Shown: one piece after another, positions 23,857-35,379 of the stretch
How the letters are laid out: each line of letters opens with the position of its first letter
Numbering within the stretch: the stretch's first letter is position 1
NCBI GenBank assembly: GCA_002633005.1
Contig: NMRA01000833.1
Coordinates: 1-64,000, forward strand
Direction: 5' to 3'
Source of the DNA: Phoronis australis
Lineage: Eukaryota > Animalia > Phoronida
Length of the DNA: 64,000 nucleotides
Program-made: the position numbers and the translations under genes
Notes under the pieces: generated by a model
Seen by the model: the letters and a program-made list of their open reading frames with translations, nothing else
The model's database searches: none
Told to the model about the DNA's origin: nothing

Positions 23857-26287
23857 TAGTCCGGTCCCTTAGCAGCCAAAAACCCCAAAACATTTACACC
23901 CCGGATTAAAGCACCAAATTTGGTACACAGATACTTTGGGACACGCTGAATCTCATGGGGGTCGGTTGCCCGAAATTTGAATAAGGTCAAGGTCAAATCA
24001 AGGTCAAAGGTCATGTGGGTAATTTTTTGAAATGGCTTCAGACAAAATACCTGTTTCATTACTGTTTCAGGTGATAAGCAGGAGGCTTTATTTTGTTTTA
24101 AAATTAATGTTAATAACTTGTACAAATAAGTTAAAAGTAAAAAAGTAATTTTCCTGACACTTACGATGGTAATTATCCTAATTAATATAGCATATACATT
24201 TTCAATGAAAAATAAGTCTAATTGTTTTCTCTGGCTGAGAAAAACTGTCAAACTAGTATGAATATGCATTAAATCAACTCTAGAATGTTTTACCTTTAAC
24301 AGAAATTCATTTTTAAATGTTTTTGTTACAATATTTATGGTTAATTATGTAACAAATTGTCTCCGAAATTAAAAGGAAATCGGACATCTTGCTAAATTTT
24401 CAAAGAACAATTGCTGAAACTTTTATCATCATTTTTAATTTGATCATAGCTGAAGGTAACTTTGTTNNNNNNNNNNNNNNNNNNNNNNNNNNNNNNNNNN
24501 NNNNNNNNNNNNNNNNNNNNNNNNNNNNNNNNNNNNNNNNNNNNNNNNNNNNACAAGCCACCACAAAGACAGGACATCCTTCCAGAACAACTTTAAAAAC
24601 CATGTGAACAGTTTGTGTGGTGTAAGATGTAATTTCAGCCAAGAGAAACCCTTTCTTTGTCCATGGTGATAAACTTATGACGATAGATACGCTACAAGTC
24701 TTCAGATTATCGAAGTGACTGGAAAATAGCAATATGACAACTATAAGCAAACAGTCCTAATTGTAAAGTCACCACCAATAAATACTATTATCAAGAAAAT
24801 ACAAGTTTGCTGTTTTCAAAAAAGCTATAGCGGGAAGGCAATAAGAGCAACTCAGCAACGCATGGATGACATCAAGAAAGACTAGCTAGTCAATTTCTAG
24901 AAGCTAACCTGGATGATTTTCTTATGCATGAGAATCATTCTTGGCCACCATCCCTGAACCAAAACGGCAGTTTGCGTTTACCTTCACAGAAGTCACAGTT
25001 ACTTAACATGTTGGAATTTCCTCATCCAGATGTTCCTGAATCCGTCGATGTCAAAGTCTTTGATGAACCAGCTATTGTGCACAGCTTTTCTCCAAACTAA
25101 TCAGACAGTTCTGTGTGCATATTCTAAACTTCACAACTGTAGTAGAGTTGACATTGTGTTTGCAGATGCTTACATCGAAGGCAGCTTGAAGGCCACCGCA
25201 AAAGCTGATAGAGGTTCAAGTGACCTTGCCAAAGTTTCACCCCAAATGCGACTGTCTCTGAACTTCCGGAATTTCTTGCAAAACTCGAAGAATTAAGAGG
25301 AATTGTTTGACAATCGCCTGTTCTCCAGAACAAGATATATATGTTACCTACGGCCAGTCTGTTCTTTCCTCTGGTTCTGACATACCACCGTGCGATCATG
25401 AGGAGTTGGACACCCTATGGGCTTGTACATTGCAGACGTTTCATCAAAAGTAATCAGAGAATACTAGTTACTACAGTGAATACTGATGTTGCGGTCGTTT
25501 TTATTGGTGTTTTGATTAGTTTAAGGCTTTGCAGCCAGCAATTCTAGTACAGGTAGTGGTTAAAGCTGGAAAGAACGCGCGGTAGCTCATTGCCAGTAGC
25601 GTGTTTGACCAGCTTGGGTACGATTTGTGTGTAGCTCTACCAGTTTCATGCCTTAACAGAGTCGGACACAACATCCCAGTTCTATGGAGAAGGAAAGAAA
25701 ACAGCATGGAAGACATGGAAAGCTAACCCTGAAGCTACTCAGGCATTCTCATGCCGGCAATTTTAATTCCTTTCACCAACTCTCCATCGACAGTCAGGAG
25801 TTCAAAACAAATGACATTTACATGTCTCGTTTATCATCGAAAAGCCGAAACCAGCCAGGTCAATACTTTACAAAAGGAGCTTTCCCCCAAAAGTTCAGAT
25901 TATGCCGGCAGAGGGGTCCAGAGAGGTTTGGATGGCAGAGAGACACAGACCAATTGTAGTTGGTTAGTTAAATTTTGGACCCATATTGGATTTATGCAAA
26001 TGAGGGGTTTTCATATTATAAGGAAAATATATTGCAATGTCATTTTGATAGATTTCTAGTTAAGAAAGTACCACTACCTAGCCTTAAAATGTGTGATCAC
26101 CTCTTTAAGCAACCAATTGAAGTGTTATTTGGCGGCCATTTTGTTTTTTCAAGATTTGACCTTGACCCTGACCTCAAAATTTGGGCAACCGACCCCCATG
26201 AGATTCAGCATGTCAAAAAGTACCAGTGTACCAAATTTCTTGCTTTAATCCGAGGTGTAAACGTTTTCGAGTTAAGGGCCTGGACTA
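23857..26287 (+). mobile_element. Academ DNA transposon, internally deleted, with XPG-like nuclease remnant
   Basis: ~150-bp TIRs TAGTCC...GGACTA flanked by TTC on both sides; internal FHALTESDTTSQFYGEGKKTAWKTW, HENHSWPPSL, RVDIVF, NTDVAV. Confidence 0.85.
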
Positions 26288-27203
26288 TTCAGAAAATGTA
26301 TATTTTCATTTTTCGAATACATTTAAGTTTGTTTATAAATGCACAGATTTAATTTGTTAAAACTTCACTGTCTACAAATGTGTTTCTTTAATTGTTCAAA
26401 GTGAAGACAGGTCCACTAAATATACCAACTTCAGACAATTGACAAATAAGTGCATGAATATCTAAATTGGTTTCACAGCTCCAACTGCAGATGTACATGT
26501 ACATGTATGTGCACCAAAATTGTCATCCAAACCTAAAAAAATGGTTGCCTACATGCTTTTTGAACATTTGGAGAATTCGTGCTTGATACAACAAAGGGAA
26601 TTTAGGTCGCTTTTTTCTAATTTGATCACACGACAAAAAACGACCAAATATTGGACTGCACATGACAGGAGAAGAGCACGCGCTTGCAAGGATTCCTCGC
26701 ATATATTCAAAGCCTTGCTTATTATCGTGGGGAAATCAAAGGTCAGCTAGCATGATTGCGTTGTAATGAAACGAATACAATTCAAACCGTTTTTCTCCCA
26801 CGAACTAGTCATCCAACTCTTTGTGCCATTCTTGTAGTGAGAAGGTTGATAAACACTCGGTCTGCAACAATGTCTGACAAGTCATCAGACCAAGAATTTA
26901 GTGAAAGAAAATTATATATAATTAGTTGACCTTCGAAAGGCCCCGCGGGATACTATATGAAGTGAACGTTAGAACAGAGTCCCTAATTAAGAATATGTGT
27001 AATTTTAACAGCATCCCGTCGTCTAGATGTTCTTTCAGCAGCATATGGAGGTTGAGCGTTTTGCATTTTGGTCTTAGAGGGGGAAACTAGTCTACATAGT
27101 GTCTTCGAACTTTTCGGGTGATGGTAAACAATCGGTGTTAGTCACAAACAATAGTCCTTTTGAAATTGAACGGTGTTTATTACCAGAGATCGCACTCACC
27201 TAC

Positions 27204-27803
27204 ATGTACAAGGTGATTGGAAGTAATTCATTGTGAACCCCCTCTTAGTTATGCAACTGTCCCACTTGCCCTGTGTAAGCAAACACGGCTTATCAAGGGC
27301 TTTATGGTGTCGACTGAGAGGTAACGGGTTTATTACCCTCTGTGGGTTTTAAGTAGCCCAACCCGTCCAGAATATGGGATTTCGGCGAGCACAACACAAA
27401 GTGAATTTTGTCTGTCAAAAGCCATTCTGTGGTCAGGGCATGTATTGAATCGTATACAGTTTTTGGGGGTACCTCGGGGGTCATTTTTGGTTGTTTCCAG
27501 AGTGCAATTTGTCTGTCGTGGGTCATTCGGTGTTCCGTGGGGCACGTTAGCTTTTCCGGTACCTAGAATATTTAATCTAGCTTAAATTTTCAGTGCTTGC
27601 CGTTTTCGATGTATTTTTGGGTTTCAGGTGAGTACAACGAGAGATATTAAATTATGTACATACTGAGGTGGACTCTAAGTGCTCCAGGGGTTAGATGCTG
27701 GTACCTCGTTCATCTTTGTTAAGCGATTCCCGGTCTGTATTGCTACAATCGGAGACTGACAATCGAAATGTAGTTGTGGCGGCTAACTATTTTACCGTGG
27801 AAG
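27204..27803 (+). CDS. Speculative 5' exons of gene B (signal-peptide-like)
   Basis: Chain 27204-27212 (ATGTACAAG|gtgatt) + 27581-27627 (tctag|...CAG|gtgagt) + 27724-27803 (ttaag|...GAAG|gtactt) reads MYKLKFSVLAVFDVFLGFSDSRSVLLQSETDNRNVVVAANYFTVE and ends in phase 1; no homology support. Confidence 0.3.
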
Positions 27804-30209
27804 GTACTTGCTAAATCGTTTTCTTAACAAAACTAAGCCCATGCAATACACGTTAACCTTGCATCCGGTGTTATTTTATAAGTGACATTTCAACCAAATT
27901 AACAGTACACCTGACCCCGAGACTTGCTGTAACGTTTTGTCTTCTATGACGAAATGAAATTAGCGTAATCGTTGGTGACGACGCTTACGAGTATTTATTG
28001 GATTCATTTGAAAGGCTAATGACTTTGTAATGATCCGTGAATCGTTAGTCACGACAACTATTAGACAGTCGAAATAACATCAAATTTTATAAACTTTCCT
28101 AAATACACATTAAATACATGAAAGTAACGTCAGTCCAATGGAATACAACGCACGTAATCTCACGGTTCGCTTTAACATTGCGCATTACTCTTGTCCTTTG
28201 AAAAATGTGACTGCTTGAACGATAATTTCTGAACTAATCGGCTTTCACTTCATAAAAGTACACGAAAACCTGATTTTAAAACAAATCAAGGTTAGGTATA
28301 TAGTACAATTACGCTTGCACTAAAAGTGCATATACCTCCAATAGTCACAACCTACCTCAGTATGAACCCCACACCCCCACCTCACCCCTGCCCTATGAAA
28401 TAGAAAAAGAGCATAAAGTGTTATTTAATACAGAACCAATTGGTTAATTATATTAGTTGAACACATACAAAATGAGACAGCTTTTAAAGTCTTAATTAAA
28501 TTTGACTCAAAGTGTGACCAAAGTATTCTTAATATCCAAAGGGTAATAAGACCCGATTTGCCCTAGTTGCTATCTTGTTTATCTTAATATCTAAAACGAG
28601 CCGATGCTCTGTTAACGTAGTCAATGATCAAAAGTTTGGGACAAGTTTGGAAAATGTGCAACAGAAGGTGGAGGAACAACCTGTTGAAAAATGGGTTTTG
28701 TATCCTTTTGAGTCATCTGCGGTGTTCTGGTATGGATAATGTTTTGGAAACGCAGAGGGCGTGCATGCAATGTGGTGGCCATCAATATGTATAACAATGG
28801 ATATGTATTCACCTGAACTCGCAAGGTAATAGAGCACCTCCTAAAAAAACAGAGCAATAAAAATTAGCGACCTCGTTTAGTCAAATCACTGACAGAAGAT
28901 GTTCGGTTTCTTAAAGGTTAACTGCCAACGGGCCATTACGTACCATTCAATTTGAAAGCATAGCCTGAGCTGTCATCAATCGGTCAGTCATTAAAACGGC
29001 ATTAACCCACGTTACATTTACGTGTTTAAAATCCGAGTTTAGATTTAGAACACTTGCCGTCATAAAACCTCCATCTTGGTGGATGGATGAGAAACAGTTA
29101 GACACGGCTTAAATAATCAAATATCAACCTTGTTAAAAAGAAATCCTTACTTAGATTTTTTTATTGAGGATGTTCCGTACAAAAATACATAATGGCAATG
29201 AACAATGTACAAAAATGGAAAGGGCATGGAGATACAATGGTGATAAATTACAAATATTTTGATAATGGAAAAGCATACAAATGATAGTGATCAGATTAAA
29301 AACCTTGTTTAAATTAAGCATAACTATTTTAAATACAAAAGAAAAGCGATGTACAAATAATTGTGTTGTTGTCACACGATCGTAAAAAGATACAGATAGT
29401 GATTAGGTTGAGAAAATTGACTCTACAAACATTTTTTAAAATGATTAAAAGTATGTGTTTAATTTGACCAGAGAGACCAGTCTACTCCCTAATATCAATC
29501 ACGTGCCAACATGTAGATACCAGAATGTTATGTTGTGAGCTAAAACGAGTATTTGTGTGGTATGAAATGGCATAGTACAGTATTTCTGATCAGGTATTGT
29601 AGTGCATCACCGTAGTAACACTAAGGAACCATGCGCCACCGTTTCAACTCATAATAGTTAGCAACGGCCATTCGCTTTTAATTCAGTGAACATCTGACTG
29701 AGTACCAAATGGGACAGGATGATCATAACAGCCTATTTTTGCATCCTTAAAAGTCTGATCAATCAGAGTACCAGCCATTACAACACGAGTATGTTCAGGT
29801 ACAGCTTGATGCAGAGCTAGAGAGTGTGTCAGTGCCAATGCCACGTGGAATTATCACTGCCACTCAATGTCAATGATTAAATTTCAATCATAACAATATC
29901 TTTTTTCCATCCTTATATTAATAAAGGTTCCAAAACAGTCAAATCGTGCAGCACCTCTTGGCGCCCCGTGCACATTAATAACATAGGCTTTGCCCTGTTG
30001 AAATGAATCGACATGTAGCTGTATACAAAAAACTTCAATACCATCACTGTCGAGATCTAGCCTCCTTGAGAATTTTCTTTGTAAGATAGGTTGAAAGAGT
30101 AAGGCTTAGAATGGAACCGGATGGCATTTGTAGCCTCAGCGAACTGCTTTAACATCACCTGAACAATAGCCTTTGTACAAATCTGTATACTATTTATTAT
30201 CGACAAAAT

Positions 30210-30925
30210 AGATAAATGATACGTGCGTTGCAAAATCGTTACCATTGATAGATGAAAAGCAGACCGCGGTAGGCGATATGAAGTCATTTATTATGATTAA
30301 TACAATTACAAGTAAATATAGTGAATACAGATAAATAAAATAAAAAATGATAATCTCTGGTAAGATGGGCAAAAAAAGCGCCGACCACGTGGAAGAACGA
30401 GAGAATGACGAGAAAGTGGTGGTAGATGTTGGGAAAAATTAATAAGTTTTGGAACGTACGAGAATGTGGCCGGGACAAAGGTGAATTGAAAACGAGGCTA
30501 CAATAACACAGAAAACGCCTAAGGACACGCGACAATCATCAGCCTTTTAGAGCCAAGAGCTGACCAAGCTCAAGGCACATGATAAAAACAGACCAATACA
30601 AAGGCTGGGAAAATGACGTGCAGTCCTACACAAAGGAATAATGAATAGACCGAAATGGGGAGGGGAAAAGAGAAAGACGGGTCCATTTATTCACATAAAT
30701 ATATTTAACAAGTGAAATGCCATTGATGAGAAACATATGTCCCGAATAATAAATAAATAATACGTGCGTCACAATCTCGTTACCAGAGATGAAAAGGAAA
30801 CCGTGGAAGGTGATATAAGTTCATTTATTGTGACTAATACAATTACAGGTAAAAATAGTTAATACAGATAAGTAAAATAAAACGATGAAAATCTCTTGTG
30901 AGATGGGCAATACAATAGCGCCGCC
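30210..30925 (+). repeat. Diverged direct duplication (~170 bp at 30210-30385 and 30752-30925)
   Basis: tacgtgcgt...gatgaaaag...taatacaattaca...agatgggcaa..a..agcgccg in both copies. Confidence 0.75.
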
Positions 30926-31162
30926 ACAAGAGACGTTGAAGTACTTGTACAGCTGTATTTTGACGATGTTGTGCAACAAATGAAACCAGACGTATTTTGG
31001 CGTCAACTACCTTGAAAGAGGCAAAACGTGTCACGCATGCCACAGTTTGTTCCATTTTTCAAACTCTAAATTTCACCGAGGAAATCCAACACCTCAGCCG
31101 AGATCTAGACAGGATCACCACTACTAACAACAGAGAAGATGATTATACCGAAGGGTATTTAA

Positions 31163-33262
31163 GGACATTGCCTCCAAGGCAAAAAAAAACTATTCTGCTT
31201 CAGTTTAGAGCGAGTAGTTCCACTCGATAACAGCAGGTAGAGTTCTTTTACCTGACACTTTACGGCAGACGGAGGTGTTGAAATTAACCAATGACGTCAC
31301 AGATTCCAACGCAGACTGTAAAGCAGTTCAAAACACGCTTACTGGGGTCAGCATACCGTTTGAATTTATCGTTTTACACCAATAAATCATCAATATTCGA
31401 TGTGAAACCCTTACAAAAAATTGATTTCTCGAACATATATGTTGTTTTATTTCGCTGTTACGGATTTACAGGTATTTGAGCGTACCGTAGCCTGCAAAGT
31501 TTGGTTACCAAGATCGGTCGCGAGAATTTTGAGTCTGTTCGGTGATATATTCGAAATATTCTTCCGTGAAATACAGACAGCAGAACAAAGGTGTATCTTG
31601 TTGTTTTAGATTTGCATTTATTTCACTTCTCAAAACACACAACACGCTTGTTATCCCTGTCCAGTGGCTCGGAATCCGATCAGGCCCGTCGCAGCCGAAC
31701 TGAAGACATCACGAACATAAACCAGCCAACGTTGAAAACTAAACTTCCAGGCACGCAAAGACTATACTAGCGAGCCAAAGAAACAATGTGCACGAGATTA
31801 TTTTGATGAACTTAGCCGCGAAACGTCAAATCTATTTACTCGTCGTGGGCCGCGAAATCAAGTTCCCCTTCCACAGAACCAACAGGGCAAAAGTTGTACA
31901 CCAACAAGGATTGGAATAAAGTATATGTATATCTAAATAAAGATTCCCCTAACATCTGACCACAGGATATTAAATCGAGTTGTTGTTTCACATCATCTTT
32001 TTGTCAGCAAACACTGAATTAACATGAGCTCACACGGCCCGAGTCGGAGCCCGGTCAATTAGCTTTAACGCATCTAAAGCCGGTAACTCAGTGATTTACT
32101 CATTGCTGTCTTCTCAAAACATTTGCACTCACGTATAATCTAAAGGCATTACACATAGTATCTAATGAAACAGATATTGTTTCAGTTTCATATAAGCATT
32201 GGTTAGGGCGATAATTCGTTTTGAAACAGAAGGCACCATGATAAACATTAAGATGGCAAATCACAATCCCGATTTGACGAGTGCTCATCTTACGAAGACT
32301 TCAAAGGTCGATCGTTAGTTTCACAGTTCGAATCGGAATACACTGATCAAGTAATACTAGATGTAGAGATACACCGTAAACGTGCACAGACAACGGAACA
32401 TACGGATAGATTTGAAAAGTGTTTGAACGACTTGTCATGGTGTTAGTGCGCTAAGTGCACGATAATGGAAACGACTGACGCTTGCGTTTGCTGCCACGAA
32501 ATTCCGCAAGTGAAACGCCTTATTGGAGAAGCGCAGACGTGTCCCACGGACCATCATGATTTTGCAAAGCATATAAACAGAAGTGTGCTTACGACGTTTT
32601 TAGGATTGGGAAAAAGAACTGGCGAAAACATCCTACACCTGAGGTCCAAACATAAGCCTGAAGAACGAGTAAGTCATCTAACAGGTTATATAAAATGTTA
32701 TGTTCTCATGCCTTGAATTGTTTATGTTTTCGTGGCCAACTACAGTTCTCGATAATAAAAACTGATAAGCAACTGATCCGCGTTTCTTTGTCTCCTGCCT
32801 GCCCAACACCAACACACTAGGCATAGCATCTGACTTCAGCCCGAGTCTCTTTTTCTGCCCTGGCATGAGCTCTTGGTTAACCCGGCATTCGTCAGTAAAA
32901 TTACTGTCAACGAAATGCCGGATACAGACACGAAGATGTTTCACGGCCTCATACTTGATATTAATGGCGTACTTTTCATTCTTCACCGCCGCGAGTCACT
33001 TCCGAAGCATTACGGGTTCTCGAGGAAATCGAAATAACAATATACCGGCTTTCCTCGCATTTTCAAAGTACATACAAGCTGAAATGATACACCACACAAT
33101 AGTGGCACTAACTCTGCAAAAGAACCACTGCGTCGTTTCTCACCTTCCTCACACGTTAACCCAACACCTATTGGCAAGGTAAGATCGATCGTATACGAGG
33201 TGACGTGGATATAGACCGATTCAGACGGTAAAATGATTAATTAAATCGGGTTGCATTCTCCT
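31163..33262 (-). mobile_element. Kolobok DNA transposon, internally deleted (THAP on -, KolX on +)
   Basis: TTAA|GGACATTGCC ... GCATTCTCCT|TTAA; THAP FRFPREP..W...HLRVCIRHF...LKSDAMPSV; inverted homolog at 46262-48109. Confidence 0.85.
32253..32668 (+). pseudogene. KolX / P2X7 ballast-like Zn-binding protein remnant inside Kolobok
   Basis: QFESEYT...DLSWC*CAKCTIMETTDACVCCHEIP...CPTDHHDFAKHINRSVL; in-frame TAG and a frameshift. Confidence 0.75.
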
Positions 33263-33609
33263 TTAATTGGAATGGATTTCTGCATAGCTTTTGTCAAACA
33301 GCTATATGAAATGTGATGTGTATGGTATGCGTTTGATCTTGTGCATTGACAAAAACTTGCTGGAATAAAGCAAAGTTAGAGTCAAGACTTCTTGCTCACT
33401 CCTTTCTCCACACGACATTACAATCTCTAAAGCCGAAAGTTCCATGTGTTGAATAGTGCACTAGCGGAAAATGCACATTTTTAGGTTTTGCCACTGCTAA
33501 GCGACAGGCGCAGTCCTACTTCGAATTTCTCTTAGTGAGTGTGTATGAAAGAACAACGCGTTGAGGGTTTAACCTAAATAAGTTACTGTGGCAAGAGTTA
33601 AATCAGCCG

Positions 33610-34458
33610 CTTTTATTGCTTTTGTTGTTTTCTCAACTCACTTGTTGCTCTTGTAGTTAGCTCAACTCACTTATTTCTCTTGTTGTTAGCTCAACTCACT
33701 TATTGCTTTTGTTGTTAGCTCAATTCACTTATTGCATATGTTGTTTTCTCAACTCACTTATTGCTTCTGTTGTTAGCTCACCTCACTTATTGCTCTTGCT
33801 GTTAGCTCAACTCACTTATTGCTCTTGTTGTTAGCACAACTTAGTGATCTTGTTGTTAGCTCACCTCACTTATTGCTCTTGTTGTTAGCTCAACTCATTT
33901 ATTGCTCCTGTTGTTAGCTCAACTCACTTATTGCTCCTGTGGTTAGCTCAACTCACGTGTTGCTATTGTTGTTAGTTCAGCTCACTTATTGCTCTTGTTG
34001 TTGGCTCAATTCACTTATTGCTCTTGTTGTTAGCACAACTCACTTTATTGCTCTTGTTGTCAGCCCAACTCACTTATTGCTCCTGTTTTAGCTCAACTCA
34101 CTTATTGCTCCTGTTCTTAGCTCAACTCACTTGCATTGCTCTTGTTGTTAGGTCATCCCACTTATTGCTCCTGTTGTTAGCTCAACTCACTTATTGTTCA
34201 TGTTTTAGCTCAACTCACTTATTGCTCCTGCTCTTAGCTCAACTCACTTGCATTGCTTTTGTTGTTAGGTCATCCCACTTATTGCTCTTGTTGTTAGCTC
34301 AACTCACTTATTCATCTTGTTGTTAGCTCAAGTCACGCATTGCTATTGTTGTTAGCTGAACTTACTTATTGGTCTTGTTGTTAGCTCAGCCCACTTTTAG
34401 CTCTTGTTGTTAAATCAACTCAATTATTGCTCTTGTTGTTAGCTCAATTTACTTATTT
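33610..34458. repeat. Minisatellite, ~29 x 29 bp
   Basis: ctcaactcacttattgctcttgttgttag repeated. Confidence 0.95.
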
Positions 34459-34905
34459 GTTTGCCTGTGTAAAAACTTGGCTTTGCTTATCCGTCGTGTG
34501 CACTGTATATGTATCTCGTGTGCCAGGTACATGTATCTCTTGTTCGTTTCGAGTGCATGGCGACGTGCAGTGCGCAGATACTTGTTTAATGTTCCGATAC
34601 ATTTTAAAAATGATTTATAGATGATCTAGTCAGGTATAGCACTACAATTATTGTCACTTATCATAGGCGACATAAAAAATAGTTTAGATGAAGTATTTAT
34701 GAAGGTGCTATAGTCAGTAACCATCAATCCTTACTTAGATGATCTGCAGTCCAGAGGCTGGGAGTATACCACATATTTCTTCGTAGATCGCAGACATTAT
34801 ATAGCAAAGTTTGGTTAAACTTGTACTCCACTCCAAACCTTTCAACTACAGTTGCCAGTTGTTTGTTGTATTTTTTACCTCTCTCACGAATTTCTTTTTT
34901 TTTAG

Positions 34906-34968
34906 ATTCCCTAGACGAAGACACGAACCTGCTGGAAAATGAACTGACGTCACGACATCAAGGGATCG
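34906..34968 (+). CDS. Possible acidic linker exon of gene B
   Basis: Strong poly-T acceptor tttttttag|, phase 1/1, DSLDEDTNLLENELTSRHQGI; donor gtcgaa is weak. Confidence 0.4.
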
Positions 34969-35256
34969 GTCGAATAATTACTTTTTTGCAATCGGTCTGA
35001 TTATTAAATTGTACGCGTTGTACTGTAAGCCTTTAACTAACTCGTTAGTCATTTTATTTGACGAGAACATCCAGTGTTTGTTGCTGGTGTGCATGCAGGC
35101 GTGCGTACGTGCGTGTTCGTGTGTGTATGCCTTCGCAAAAAACGATTGCCTGGTCTTCTGTTGACTGCTGGTTGTATATGTAAAAAGTATGGTGTGATAG
35201 AAGATAACATCGACACTGGTACTAATTAACCAAGCATTTTTTGATCCATTACATAG

Positions 35257-35379
35257 ATCCGTCGAGCATTCACTGTTCAAAGGGAGGGACGCTGTGTCAA
35301 TCTAATGCCTTTTGCAACAGGAACACAAGCGAATGTATATGTAAACAAGGATTTCTTAACGACAAGGATTTCTGCATCG
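35257..35379 (+). CDS. Gene B module exon B1
   Basis: catag|...|gtatgt, 123 nt; [41 protein letters not shown]. Confidence 0.85.

Noticed and set aside
28621-31154. Extra gene B linker exon candidates (VNDQKFGTSLENVQQK at 28621; EIQHLSRDLDR at 31081)
   Set aside because: Could not find donors and acceptors with compatible phase
33610-34458. 29-bp repeat array as CRISPR, or its Leu-rich ORF 34018-34326 as a protein
   Set aside because: Units are head-to-tail with no unique spacers, the context is eukaryotic, and the ORF is a by-product of the repeat
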